15,390 nt of DNA from a bacterium (GTDB lineage: Bacteria > Muiribacteriota > UBA6191): the NCBI GenBank assembly GCA_036339875.1, contig JAYZAC010000013.1, positions 1 through 15,390 on the forward strand. Reading direction: 5' to 3'. Below are positions 7,461 to 15,390 of this stretch, piece after piece. The notes beneath the pieces were generated by a model, which was given only the letters and a program-made list of their open reading frames with translations, searched no databases and was not told the DNA's origin. The translations under genes were made by a program, and so were the position numbers. Positions within the stretch are counted from its first letter, which is position 1, and every line of letters begins with the position of its first letter.

Positions 7461-7919
7461 ATGACCATTAAAATTCACTATCGTGATCAGTATGTGAAAT
7501 CTTTGTATGAAACTGCCGGAGTTCAAACTGAAGGTGCAGCTGGCTTCGACTTAGTGTGTGTCGAGGACCTACAATTCGACACGAATGGTCAATTTAAGCT
7601 TTTAGACTTAGGTGTTGTTATAAAACCGCCTAAAGGACATCATTGTTTGCTTATGCCGCGGAGCTCCACTTACAAGAAATTTGGTTTAATTCAAGCAAAT
7701 TCCGTTGGTTTAATAGACGAAGATTATTGTGGTCCTGACGATTTTTGGCGTTTTCCGGCTATTTATTTGGGTTCGGAGCCTGTCGAGATAAAAGCGGGTG
7801 CCAGAATTGCGCAGTTCATTTTGCAGCGTACGATTCCCATTACAGACGTTCAAGAGTTCCAGCCAATCGGAGATTCGAGGGGTGGATTTGGCAGCACAGG
7901 TCATTTTCAAAAACGTTAG
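7461..7919 (+). CDS. dut: Trimeric dUTP diphosphatase (dUTPase)
   Basis: All five motifs are present: AGFDL, PRSS, GLIDEDYCG, RIAQF and RGGFGSTG. Confidence 0.95.
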   Translation: MTIKIHYRDQYVKSLYETAGVQTEGAAGFDLVCVEDLQFDTNGQFKLLDLGVVIKPPKGHHCLLMPRSSTYKKFGLIQANSVGLIDEDYCGPDDFWRFPAIYLGSEPVEIKAGARIAQFILQRTIPITDVQEFQPIGDSRGGFGSTGHFQKR

Positions 7920-7925
7920 AATACG

Positions 7926-8648
7926 ATGAAAGTTATAGGAGTTCTAGGTAACTATTTTCGACCGGAACGTTTGGGTGCACCATCTCCTTTCGGAGCGTAT
8001 TATCTCAATAAAGATTATGTAGATTCTTTTCGCAACATGAATGTTTTGCTAATACAAATACCCTATCTGAATAACCAAGAAAAGATGCTGTATTTTATCG
8101 ATTTATTGGATGGGCTGATGCTTACTGGTGGATTTGATATCCCTCCTGACTTTTATAATGAAGCAGAAGTAGAGGGTGTTGAATTTACTTATGATCGTGA
8201 AAGGACTTTGTTTGAGCTGGAATTCTTACCGCTCGTGGAAAAAAGTACTAAACCTATTTTTGCGATTTGTTTAGGTTTGCAAATGTTTAACATTTATCGC
8301 GGTGGCAGTTTGATTCAGGATGTCTACCAGCAGTTAGGTACAACGATTAATCATAGTGCTAGTTCCAAAGATTCTACAATACTGGCTCATCAAGTGAATA
8401 TCTCTAAAGGGAGTCGTTTATGGCAAATCATTGGAGATGACAAGCTTATGGTTAATAGCTCACATCACCAAGCAATCGGACGTTTGGGTAGAGATTTGGT
8501 GGTAACAGCTTCCTCTGAAGATGGTGTGATTGAAGCTGCGGAATGTTCCAAAACTAAATTTCTTGGAGTTCAATGGCACCCCGAGAGTTTGCAATACGAG
8601 TGCTCCAAGCATGCAGGCTTGTTTGAAGCTTTCGTGGAAATGCTCTGA
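7926..8648 (+). CDS. Peptidase C26 / gamma-glutamyl-gamma-aminobutyrate hydrolase (PuuD-like) class I glutamine amidotransferase-fold protein
   Basis: LDGLMLTGGFDI, DRERTLFE, nucleophile elbow AICLGLQMFN, GGSLIQD, VNSSHHQAI, DGVIEA and GVQWHPE (Cys-His-Glu triad intact). Confidence 0.9.
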   Translation: MKVIGVLGNYFRPERLGAPSPFGAYYLNKDYVDSFRNMNVLLIQIPYLNNQEKMLYFIDLLDGLMLTGGFDIPPDFYNEAEVEGVEFTYDRERTLFELEFLPLVEKSTKPIFAICLGLQMFNIYRGGSLIQDVYQQLGTTINHSASSKDSTILAHQVNISKGSRLWQIIGDDKLMVNSSHHQAIGRLGRDLVVTASSEDGVIEAAECSKTKFLGVQWHPESLQYECSKHAGLFEAFVEML

Positions 8649-8658
8649 TTGCTCTGAT
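8641..8658. repeat. Perfect 9-bp tandem direct repeat TGCTCTGAT x2
   Basis: TGCTCTGAT at 8641-8649 and 8650-8658; the first copy contains the C26 gene stop codon (8646-8648). Confidence 0.85.
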
Positions 8659-8696
8659 ATATTGCCATCTCTTAAAGAATGTCGTAGGTAGGAAAT

Positions 8697-9866
8697 ATGT
8701 GTCAAGAAAATGATAAGCCAGTTAACAGTGATGAAGGTATTGCGTCTGACTCTGATAATAATATTGAAGAGACCGACAGCTTAGCGGATTATAATAAGCC
8801 TTCGATCAATCCTTCAGAATCCTTGGAATTAAGCGATGACTCAAATCCGAGTTTAGTGAGCGAATCCAAAGCATTAGAGCGATCAGTAGGTACAGTGTTG
8901 CCTATCTCTCTATCTATATTACTTTTTCTTTCAGTTGCCCTAGGTTATGCAATTTCTCGTAATCAATCGATTGTATCATCGAAGAACGCTACAGGTGCAG
9001 AACTAGGAGGTTTCAGTGAGATAATTAAAGGAGTTCAAAAGGCAAATAAACCGGGGGTTGCGGTTGTTAAGCTTTATGGTGTAATCCAGACTTCTAGTGA
9101 TCAGAGCGTATTTGGGCCGCAAAGGGGTGCAGATAATACTGTGGCTCAGTTGAAGAAACTGGGTAAAAATAAGAATGTGAAGGCGGTCGTCTTACGGATT
9201 AACTCCCCAGGAGGAACAGTTGGCGCAAGTCAAGAGGTGTATTCTGAACTTATCAAGCTCAAGAAAAAAGGTATAAAGATTGTTGCGTCTATGGCTGATG
9301 TTTGTGCATCCGGTGGTGTTTATGCAGCGGTTGCGGCTGATAAGATCTTGGCCAATAAAGGTACGATAACAGGGTCTGTAGGTGTCATATTTTCGGTTTC
9401 AAATTTCAAGCAACTGATGGAGAAAGTTGGGATGCGATCCTATGCAATCCGATCGGGTAAGTTCAAAGATATCGGTTCTTATTCTCGTGATATGACTGCC
9501 GAGGAGAAAACTCTTTTACAAGAAATAGTTGACTCTACTTATCAGCAGTTTTTGAGTACTGTTGTCGAGGGAAGAGGTCTAAAAGAGGCAGATGTAAAAA
9601 AATGGGCCGATGGTAGGATTTTCAATGGCGAACAAGCCTTGAAAAACAAGTTGATAGATCAGTTGGGTACTTTCGAGGATGCAATTGAATTAGCCCATGA
9701 GTTAGCAGGTCTCGAGGAACATAACATTATTCGCCCTAATCTTAATCCATTCGATAAAATTGAATCCATGTTTAATTCATGGTGGTCTGGGCCGCTCAAT
9801 CAAGTTGCTGAACAGCTTCCTATGACACATTCTCCGCTTCTATACTACTACCCGGGCTGGAATTGA
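8697..9866 (+). CDS. sppA: Signal peptide peptidase SppA (peptidase S49, single-domain type) with acidic N-terminal extension
   Basis: LRINSPGG, catalytic Ser motif CASGGVY, ITGSVGV, catalytic Lys motif SGKFKD, ADGRIFNGEQA and LIDQLG. One TM anchor (LPISLSILLFLSVALGYAI). AGGTAGGA precedes the ATG. Confidence 0.93.
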   Translation: MCQENDKPVNSDEGIASDSDNNIEETDSLADYNKPSINPSESLELSDDSNPSLVSESKALERSVGTVLPISLSILLFLSVALGYAISRNQSIVSSKNATGAELGGFSEIIKGVQKANKPGVAVVKLYGVIQTSSDQSVFGPQRGADNTVAQLKKLGKNKNVKAVVLRINSPGGTVGASQEVYSELIKLKKKGIKIVASMADVCASGGVYAAVAADKILANKGTITGSVGVIFSVSNFKQLMEKVGMRSYAIRSGKFKDIGSYSRDMTAEEKTLLQEIVDSTYQQFLSTVVEGRGLKEADVKKWADGRIFNGEQALKNKLIDQLGTFEDAIELAHELAGLEEHNIIRPNLNPFDKIESMFNSWWSGPLNQVAEQLPMTHSPLLYYYPGWN

Positions 9867-10480
9867 TGATGAAATTGGTATCACTCTTTTATATATGCTT
9901 AATAAGTCCAAGAACTGCCGTAAGGGAAGTTATCCAAGAATTTGGGTCTCATTATGTTTTTTTGGGTTTTTTAATTTTTCTGTTTGCTCAGGCAAGTTCG
10001 AGCATATCTTTTCATATGATGGATTCGGCTGGTGTGAACTTTTTTGGCTTGATTCTACAAGTATTAGGCGCTGTTTCAATTGGCTTGATACATATGACAT
10101 TCTATTGTTTTGTTGTTCATGCCATGGTAACGACCATGGGTTATCAGGGTAGTTTTTTGAAGCTTTTGACTTGGGATTTGTTTTCGCAAGCTCCTATGGT
10201 AATGCTTTGTTCGTTTTGGATTTTTGGTAAGGCTTTTGATGTCTTTTTTGATAATCCAGTATTGGCAGGATTGATATACTTTTTGACACTATTTGTACTT
10301 TTTATCCAATGCTTTTACCTTTTAGGTCTAGGTATCCAGAATAACTATGGAATTAAAGGCTGGGGGAAAGTTTTTTTAGTAATGGCTTCCAGCGTTTTTA
10401 TTTGCGTTGGGATTTACATATTACTATTCACTGGATTGCTAATTTCAACATTAGGCGCTTTCGTTAACGCAACGGGCTAA
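9866..10480 (+). CDS. Yip1-like polytopic membrane protein (about 5 TM)
   Basis: N-terminal LISPRTAVREV resembles the Yip1 start. About five hydrophobic segments, GYQGSFLKLL loop and LGIQNNYGI before the last TM. ATG 9866 overlaps the sppA stop (TGATG); the ORF track's TTG 9863 is an alternative. Confidence 0.65.
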   Translation: MMKLVSLFYICLISPRTAVREVIQEFGSHYVFLGFLIFLFAQASSSISFHMMDSAGVNFFGLILQVLGAVSIGLIHMTFYCFVVHAMVTTMGYQGSFLKLLTWDLFSQAPMVMLCSFWIFGKAFDVFFDNPVLAGLIYFLTLFVLFIQCFYLLGLGIQNNYGIKGWGKVFLVMASSVFICVGIYILLFTGLLISTLGAFVNATG

Positions 10481-10481
10481 A

Positions 10482-11999
10482 GTGAGTCTTTCTAAAATGG
10501 TTCCTTGGTATCACACTCAATGGTGTGTGATGTGCCAGCTATTTTTATTACCGCCTTTAGGTTTTGTAAATTTAATATGCTCACGAGCTTTCTCTATTCA
10601 GGCTAAATTAGCAAGTTTGATTGTGTTAATTGCTTTTTTCATTCTATTAGATCGCTATAAAAAAAATTATGACGATCATTTGAATGGTTTGTGGTTGGCT
10701 AAATTCAAGCAATTGAAGCGCGATTTTAAATTTAAGGCGGCCGGCAAATTTTTGTATCGGAGAAAAGTAAATAGTGACCGAGAAGCTCTCCAAGAAAGCT
10801 TATTGAGAATGGATTATGAGTACTCAATGGGACGCATTAGTTTGGCTTTGGACCATCAAAAGAATGCTCAAGTACAGCATGATTTACTTTTTGAGGATAC
10901 TCTTAAAGATTATCTAGATTTACTAATTTCCATTGGAATAAATCCAGAGTCATTGAAATTTTATAATAAACGTACTGAGTTTAGTTACTACTATGAGCTA
11001 TTCTTGAAAGAACCTAGCTTAAATTTGGATGTTAAAGATTATACGATTCCTACGCTTTCAAAAGCTTTGGAAGTAATTGAGACCTATCCCGAAAAGTATT
11101 CTATTCTTAAAGATCTAGAGAAAAATTTTACAGTTTTAATGGGTGCTTTAGTCAAGTCACGACCGGCTAATCTTCTCTTGCCTCTGATTGTGTCGGAATG
11201 GAAAGACCCGCAAAGAATAAAAGTGCTCATTGCACGAGCTAGCTTAATTAGTATGATTTTAAGTACTCAAATGGATTTGAAATTTTACCTTAATGCTTAT
11301 GCCTTAAAGGAGAATGATGCGAACGTATTAATTAATTTGGAAAAAACGGGTCGCAATCCTCTCGAAGTTTTGCATGATTATGTGAATCAGTCTCCATTTC
11401 ATCTAAAAGCTTTCATGATAAGAGGCTTATATTTCTTAAAAAAGGGTCATAAAGATAAGGCGATACTAGATTTTGAACATGTCTTTAAGTTAGACGTAAA
11501 CTATCTACAAGTATGGAAGCACTTAAATTTGCTTAACATTAATTCTAAAGATATGGTCGCGCTAAAAATGTATAAGAAGGCGGAAGATTTAAGATTTCGT
11601 GAAGCAAATTTTAATTTAGCCGTTGAGCTTTTTGAGGAACTACTTATAAAAGAATGGGATGCAAAACATAGATTTAAGGATGAAATTCTCTTTAATCTAG
11701 GGGTGATTTTTAGGAATAACCTCAAACTTTACGATAGAGCGATTTTTACTTTTGAAGAAATACTTAAAATTCCGGATAGCTTCAGGCATGAAGAGGCTCG
11801 CTATAATTTGATTATGTGTCATTATTATCATGGTGATTATGATGCAATGGAGAGGATTACGAAGCAATTTCTGAAGGAGCATAGTAACTCTGAGCGTGTT
11901 CCAAGATTAATGATGATGAATGTGGTTATGAAATTGATGAAAGTTTTCCACAAAGTGTTAAATAAATTTTTTGATATTTCGGGAGGTTCGAATGATTGA
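10482..11999 (+). CDS. Membrane-anchored tetratricopeptide repeat protein
   Basis: Two N-terminal hydrophobic segments. C-terminal TPR-like units: AFMIRGLYFLKKGHKDKAILDFEHVFKLD, ILFNLGVIFRNNLKLYDRAIFTFEEIL and ARYNLIMCHYYHGDYDAMERITKQFLKEHSNS. GTG start 1 nt after the upstream stop. Confidence 0.75.
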   Translation: MSLSKMVPWYHTQWCVMCQLFLLPPLGFVNLICSRAFSIQAKLASLIVLIAFFILLDRYKKNYDDHLNGLWLAKFKQLKRDFKFKAAGKFLYRRKVNSDREALQESLLRMDYEYSMGRISLALDHQKNAQVQHDLLFEDTLKDYLDLLISIGINPESLKFYNKRTEFSYYYELFLKEPSLNLDVKDYTIPTLSKALEVIETYPEKYSILKDLEKNFTVLMGALVKSRPANLLLPLIVSEWKDPQRIKVLIARASLISMILSTQMDLKFYLNAYALKENDANVLINLEKTGRNPLEVLHDYVNQSPFHLKAFMIRGLYFLKKGHKDKAILDFEHVFKLDVNYLQVWKHLNLLNINSKDMVALKMYKKAEDLRFREANFNLAVELFEELLIKEWDAKHRFKDEILFNLGVIFRNNLKLYDRAIFTFEEILKIPDSFRHEEARYNLIMCHYYHGDYDAMERITKQFLKEHSNSERVPRLMMMNVVMKLMKVFHKVLNKFFDISGGSND

Positions 12000-12738
12000 T
12001 TGTAGTCCTCTCGAGGTGATCAATCTAGGGCGTTGTTTCGATAGTTTTTGGGCTGTTCGTTCGCTAAATTTTCGTTTAGAGCATGGCGAGATATATGGGT
12101 TTCTCGGTCCCAATGGAGCAGGAAAGTCAACCACAATGAAGATGATTACCGGTCTACTTAGGCCGACAGAAGGTCATGTAAGGCTCTTTGGTATGAACCC
12201 TTATGAAAGTGAGATAGAAACAAAACGTTTAATCGGTGTAGTTCCAGAGCATTTGCAGATGTATGACCGACTCACTGGTCGAGAGTTTTTGGAGTTTGCG
12301 GCACGAATGTATGAAGTTGGTGAAAAGCAATACAATGATAAAATTGAAGAGCTCCTTCATCTTTTAGATCTTAGTTCTAAGGCGGATGTTCAAATAAAAG
12401 ATTACAGTAACGGAATGCGAAAAAAGACAGCATTGGCAGGAGCTCTATTACACAGCCCAAAGATTTTATTTCTTGATGAGCCATTCACTGGTATGGATGC
12501 AATGAGTGTCATTAAAGTAAGGCGATTAATAAAAAATTTATGTGATCAAGGAACTACTATTTTCTTCTCATCTCACATCCTAGAAGTTGTAGAAAAATTA
12601 TGTAATCGAATTGGAATTATAGTGAATGGTAATTTGCGCGAAGAAGGTACTGCGCAGCAAATGTTAGAGAACTATCATGTAAAGACCTTAGAGGAGCTTT
12701 TCTTAAGTTTGGCTCCTACAGAGGACCTGCGTGGGTGA
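11992..12738 (+). CDS. ABC transporter ATP-binding protein (ABC-2/DrrA-like exporter)
   Basis: Walker A GPNGAGKST, signature YSNGMRKK, Walker B ILFLDEP and H-loop FSSH. Start moved to ATG 11992 because GGAGG lies at 11982-11986. Confidence 0.95.
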   Translation: MIDCSPLEVINLGRCFDSFWAVRSLNFRLEHGEIYGFLGPNGAGKSTTMKMITGLLRPTEGHVRLFGMNPYESEIETKRLIGVVPEHLQMYDRLTGREFLEFAARMYEVGEKQYNDKIEELLHLLDLSSKADVQIKDYSNGMRKKTALAGALLHSPKILFLDEPFTGMDAMSVIKVRRLIKNLCDQGTTIFFSSHILEVVEKLCNRIGIIVNGNLREEGTAQQMLENYHVKTLEELFLSLAPTEDLRG

Positions 12739-14500
12739 ATTAATTCGTCTCAAGTCTGTTCTTAATCTACGAAAGTTTCAAGAGGCTTTCGGAGACTGGT
12801 TTCCGGTGAATTTAGTTCCAAGTTTAGCTTTGGTATTTTTCATTCCCATTAGCTTAGTTATTTATGCCATTAGCTCCCGGCTTCATGGTTCTTATTTTTA
12901 TGAGATCTTGGGGGTCTGCTATTTGTTTGTTTTTGTAAGTTGGGCTGGTGGTGCGTTAACTGGATTAAGACTTAATGAATATTTGGAGTTCAATTCCTTG
13001 TCTCTTTATCCAATTTCGAGAGTTAAGGTGTTCATCGCTTCTGTTTTTTCAGGCTTATTAGATCCTAGTGCCGTATCTTTATTTGCTCCGATATGGGGAA
13101 TTAGTCTTTGTATCGGTCAGTATTCCAATTGGGAAATCGTACCTATCCTGATTTTGTTAAATATTTTATTTTTATTAAAATGTATAGCGACTTCGCAGGT
13201 GATAGTTTTTTTCTATCAATTTATCTTGCATCGTTCTCGTTTTTACCAATTTTTCATGACTGTTGTTTTTCCAATGATAACTCTTGTGTCGATCTTGGTT
13301 ATTTATGGTTTGTTGCTAGCTGTAATACCTATGGTTGACTCCTTTACTTCGCCAGACTTTACGTTTCTTGATTCAACGAAGTGGTTTAGTTCAAGTGTGT
13401 TTATTTTAATCATTAAAAATTTTGTAGAGGGTGATTTTTTAGCTATGACAGGTTTCCTTAGTGTTTATCTTTTAGAGTTTGTTTTACTCATATGGGTAGG
13501 TGCTTATCTTGTAAGGCTTCTTCAGGGTAATTGTGGGGAAGATTCAGGGGAACGTATTACAGCTTCCAGTTTCAGAGGTTTTTGGGATACTCTTTTGGGT
13601 AAAGTTAGATTTATGAGTACTTCCATACGAACTCTAATTCTCAAAGACTGGAAAATTTTATTACGGGAGCCTTCGACCAAATCCATGGTTATTATTCAGT
13701 TATTTTCAGGGGTTCTTTTTTGGTTTTTGAGCTATTGTTTTGCATTATTTAGTGTCGAAATGTCTACCGGCGCTATGTATGAATTTATGGGTGGCTCGAT
13801 AGGTATGAAATTTTTTGCACCAGAAACCATTGGAAGAGTGTGGCCACTATTTTATTATGGTTCCTTGTGGTTAATTGGCGTAAATTTTGCGAATAATATT
13901 TTTGGTAGAGAGCGAAGTGGAATTAACCAACTTTTTCTTCTTCCGGTGAATTCATCGCAATTACTTTTGTCAAAGAATTTAGCTTTAATTTTAATCTTGG
14001 CAATTCCAAGTTTGATAGTAAGTTTGATAGCGAGCTTCATTGGTTTGCAGTCTTGGCATATCTTACAAAGTCTTTGGTTATCATTTGTTATGGGTTTGAT
14101 TTTAATATTTTTGAGTGGAAACTTTGTTTCAATATTATTTCCGGTAAGGGTTGAAAGTGGAGCATCACAAAATCTTAGTCGAATTGGACTAGGACGCTCA
14201 ATCTTACTTGCTCTAACTAGTATTATCACCGGTTTTTTTGGAGCCTATTTAAGTATACCGATTTTGATTTTTTGCGTTTTTCCAATGGTTCAAAGTCCTC
14301 ATTATATCGTTCCGTTCGGAGAACAAACTGGGCATCAGTTGTCACAAGGTTTACAGATGTTAGTTGAGCTGGGCTCTGTCCATTTCTACGGGCTGTTATA
14401 TGCTATGGGTGCTTACCTAGTAGGTTTATTTTTGGCTAGTAGACTTTTAGAAAATAGGAAGGAGCAGATTCTTTTGGAATTGAATCGATCGGAGGTTTAA
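12731..14500 (+). CDS. ABC-2-like exporter permease (large, two-half, 12 or more TM)
   Basis: Highly hydrophobic, 589 aa. Each half carries an ABC-2-like loop (SLSLYPISRVKVFIASVF; ERSGINQLFLLPVNSSQLLLSK), with central LILKDWKILLREP. GTG start overlaps the ATPase gene; GAGGA at 12721-12725. Confidence 0.8.
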   Translation: MGELIRLKSVLNLRKFQEAFGDWFPVNLVPSLALVFFIPISLVIYAISSRLHGSYFYEILGVCYLFVFVSWAGGALTGLRLNEYLEFNSLSLYPISRVKVFIASVFSGLLDPSAVSLFAPIWGISLCIGQYSNWEIVPILILLNILFLLKCIATSQVIVFFYQFILHRSRFYQFFMTVVFPMITLVSILVIYGLLLAVIPMVDSFTSPDFTFLDSTKWFSSSVFILIIKNFVEGDFLAMTGFLSVYLLEFVLLIWVGAYLVRLLQGNCGEDSGERITASSFRGFWDTLLGKVRFMSTSIRTLILKDWKILLREPSTKSMVIIQLFSGVLFWFLSYCFALFSVEMSTGAMYEFMGGSIGMKFFAPETIGRVWPLFYYGSLWLIGVNFANNIFGRERSGINQLFLLPVNSSQLLLSKNLALILILAIPSLIVSLIASFIGLQSWHILQSLWLSFVMGLILIFLSGNFVSILFPVRVESGASQNLSRIGLGRSILLALTSIITGFFGAYLSIPILIFCVFPMVQSPHYIVPFGEQTGHQLSQGLQMLVELGSVHFYGLLYAMGAYLVGLFLASRLLENRKEQILLELNRSEV

Positions 14501-14503
14501 GTA

Positions 14504-15091
14504 ATGCTATGGATTAGAAAAGTATATGATTGGACTCTTGCTTGGGCAGAATCAGCTTATGCTTCTTTAGCATTATTTTTTTTAGCTTTAATTGAGGCTT
14601 CGTTTTTTATTATTCCTCCTGATTTACTGTTAATGGCATTATGCGCTGGCAAACCTAAAAAGTCATTTTGGTTTGCGACTATTTGTGCACTTGGTAGTTT
14701 GGTTGGAGGGGCTATTGGTTACGTTATCGGATTATTTTTGATGGATACTGCTGGTGTATTGATATTAGATACACTTCACTTGCATGAAGCATTCAAAGTT
14801 GTTCAAGTGAAATATGACGAAAACGCTGCTTTGGCAATCTTTGCAGCGGCATTCACTCCTATTCCCTATAAAGTATTCACAATAGCTGCCGGTGCCTTTG
14901 GTATTTCATTCACTATATTTATCTTGGCATCTGCAGTAGGTAGGTCTGCAAGGTTTTTTCTTGTTGCTGCAACAATTTATTGGTGGGGTCCTTCAGTCAA
15001 AGCGCAGATTGATAAGCATTTCAATTTGTTCACTATATTGTTTACAATCGCTCTCTTTGCTGGATTTGCTACGATTCGAATGTTGAAATAA
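14504..15091 (+). CDS. YqaA/DedA family (VTT / SNARE-associated domain) membrane protein
   Basis: EASFFIIPPDLLL, GSLVGGAIGYVIG, AFTPIPYKVFTIAAG and GRSARFFLVA are characteristic YqaA/DedA motifs. Confidence 0.92.
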   Translation: MLWIRKVYDWTLAWAESAYASLALFFLALIEASFFIIPPDLLLMALCAGKPKKSFWFATICALGSLVGGAIGYVIGLFLMDTAGVLILDTLHLHEAFKVVQVKYDENAALAIFAAAFTPIPYKVFTIAAGAFGISFTIFILASAVGRSARFFLVAATIYWWGPSVKAQIDKHFNLFTILFTIALFAGFATIRMLK

Positions 15092-15096
15092 AATTA

Positions 15097-15390
15097 TCAT
15101 TGATATTTCTCCAGCAATGTTTTAGCGATACTGAAGCTGGGGTTTATCGAAAGCGCTTGTATTAGGTTATGACTCATCTGAGCTTTGTTGTTTTCTTTTT
15201 CCAGAATAACAGCGATATTATAAAAAAGGTAATGCCTTACTGAAGAGTTAATTTCAGTTTGAACGCTAGATTTAAGGATCTTCCTGGCTTCTGGAAATTT
15301 TTTGAGAGCTACATTGCAAAGTGCTCTGGTGTTTTGAATTGCTAGAAAAAGCTCACTATTTAAGTCCTCCTGACTCAAGATTAATAGTGA
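15097..15390 (-). CDS. C-terminal part of a TPR-like protein (5' end outside the window)
   Basis: The frame stays open upstream of the ORF-track TTG (TCA CTA TTA ATC) to the window edge. TPR-like units QNTRALCNVALKKFPEARKIL and FYNIAVILEKENNKAQMSHNLIQALSINPSF. Stop TGA at 15099-15097, followed by TAA. Confidence 0.7.
   Translation of the reverse strand, partial: SLLILSQEDLNSELFLAIQNTRALCNVALKKFPEARKILKSSVQTEINSSVRHYLFYNIAVILEKENNKAQMSHNLIQALSINPSFSIAKTLLEKYQ

Noticed and set aside
4192..8648. Prophage
   Set aside because: No integrase, terminase, capsid or tail genes; the flanking genes are cellular.
8649..8696. Internal sigma70 promoter for sppA (TTGCTC or TTGCCA as -35)
   Set aside because: No acceptable -10 hexamer at 16-18 nt spacing.
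11971..11991. ORF-track TTG start of the ABC ATPase
   Set aside because: GGAGG at 11982-11986 lies inside this stretch and points to ATG 11992.
863..14229. Short alternative-frame and antisense ORFs (863-1057, 2482-2667, 4829-5011, 4858-5070, 5162-5392, 6296-6568, 7710-7910, 7745-7951, 8460-8705, 9895-10152, 11501-11725, 11697-11882, 13108-13338, 13855-14229)
   Set aside because: All lie largely within well-supported genes and show no recognisable motifs; consistent with shadow ORFs.
15376..15378. TTG as the start of a complete 93-aa minus-strand gene
   Set aside because: The frame remains open to the window edge and no RBS is evident, so the gene is most likely truncated by the window.

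Overview
AT-rich bacterial chromosomal window, probably from a diderm organism (inferred from the T2SS-type genes); almost all genes are on the + strand and fall into three blocks. (1) 1-3958: the 3' end of a type II secretion / type IV filament cluster. It contains the tail of an upstream gene (probably gspJ), gspK, a PilM-PilN-like fusion in the GspL position, a GspM/PilO-like gene and an atypical pilin/pseudopilin. The pilin has its own candidate sigma54 and sigma70 promoters and a strong intrinsic terminator. (2) 3959-8648: a repeat-rich, potentially structured leader followed by class Ia ribonucleotide reductase nrdA-nrdB, a Bacillus YncF/YosS-like dUTPase and a peptidase C26 gamma-glutamyl hydrolase. 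(3) 8697-15091: a tightly coupled envelope module of SppA, a Yip1-like membrane protein, a membrane-anchored TPR protein, an ABC ATPase, a large ABC-2-like permease and a YqaA/DedA protein. A convergent, 5'-truncated TPR-like gene closes the window. No rRNA, tRNA, CRISPR array, transposase or integrase was seen. The most interesting items are the switch-like nrdA leader, the independently regulated pilin lacking G14/P22, and the SppA-Yip1-TPR-ABC-DedA module. All family assignments come from motif recognition by eye; no database searches were run.
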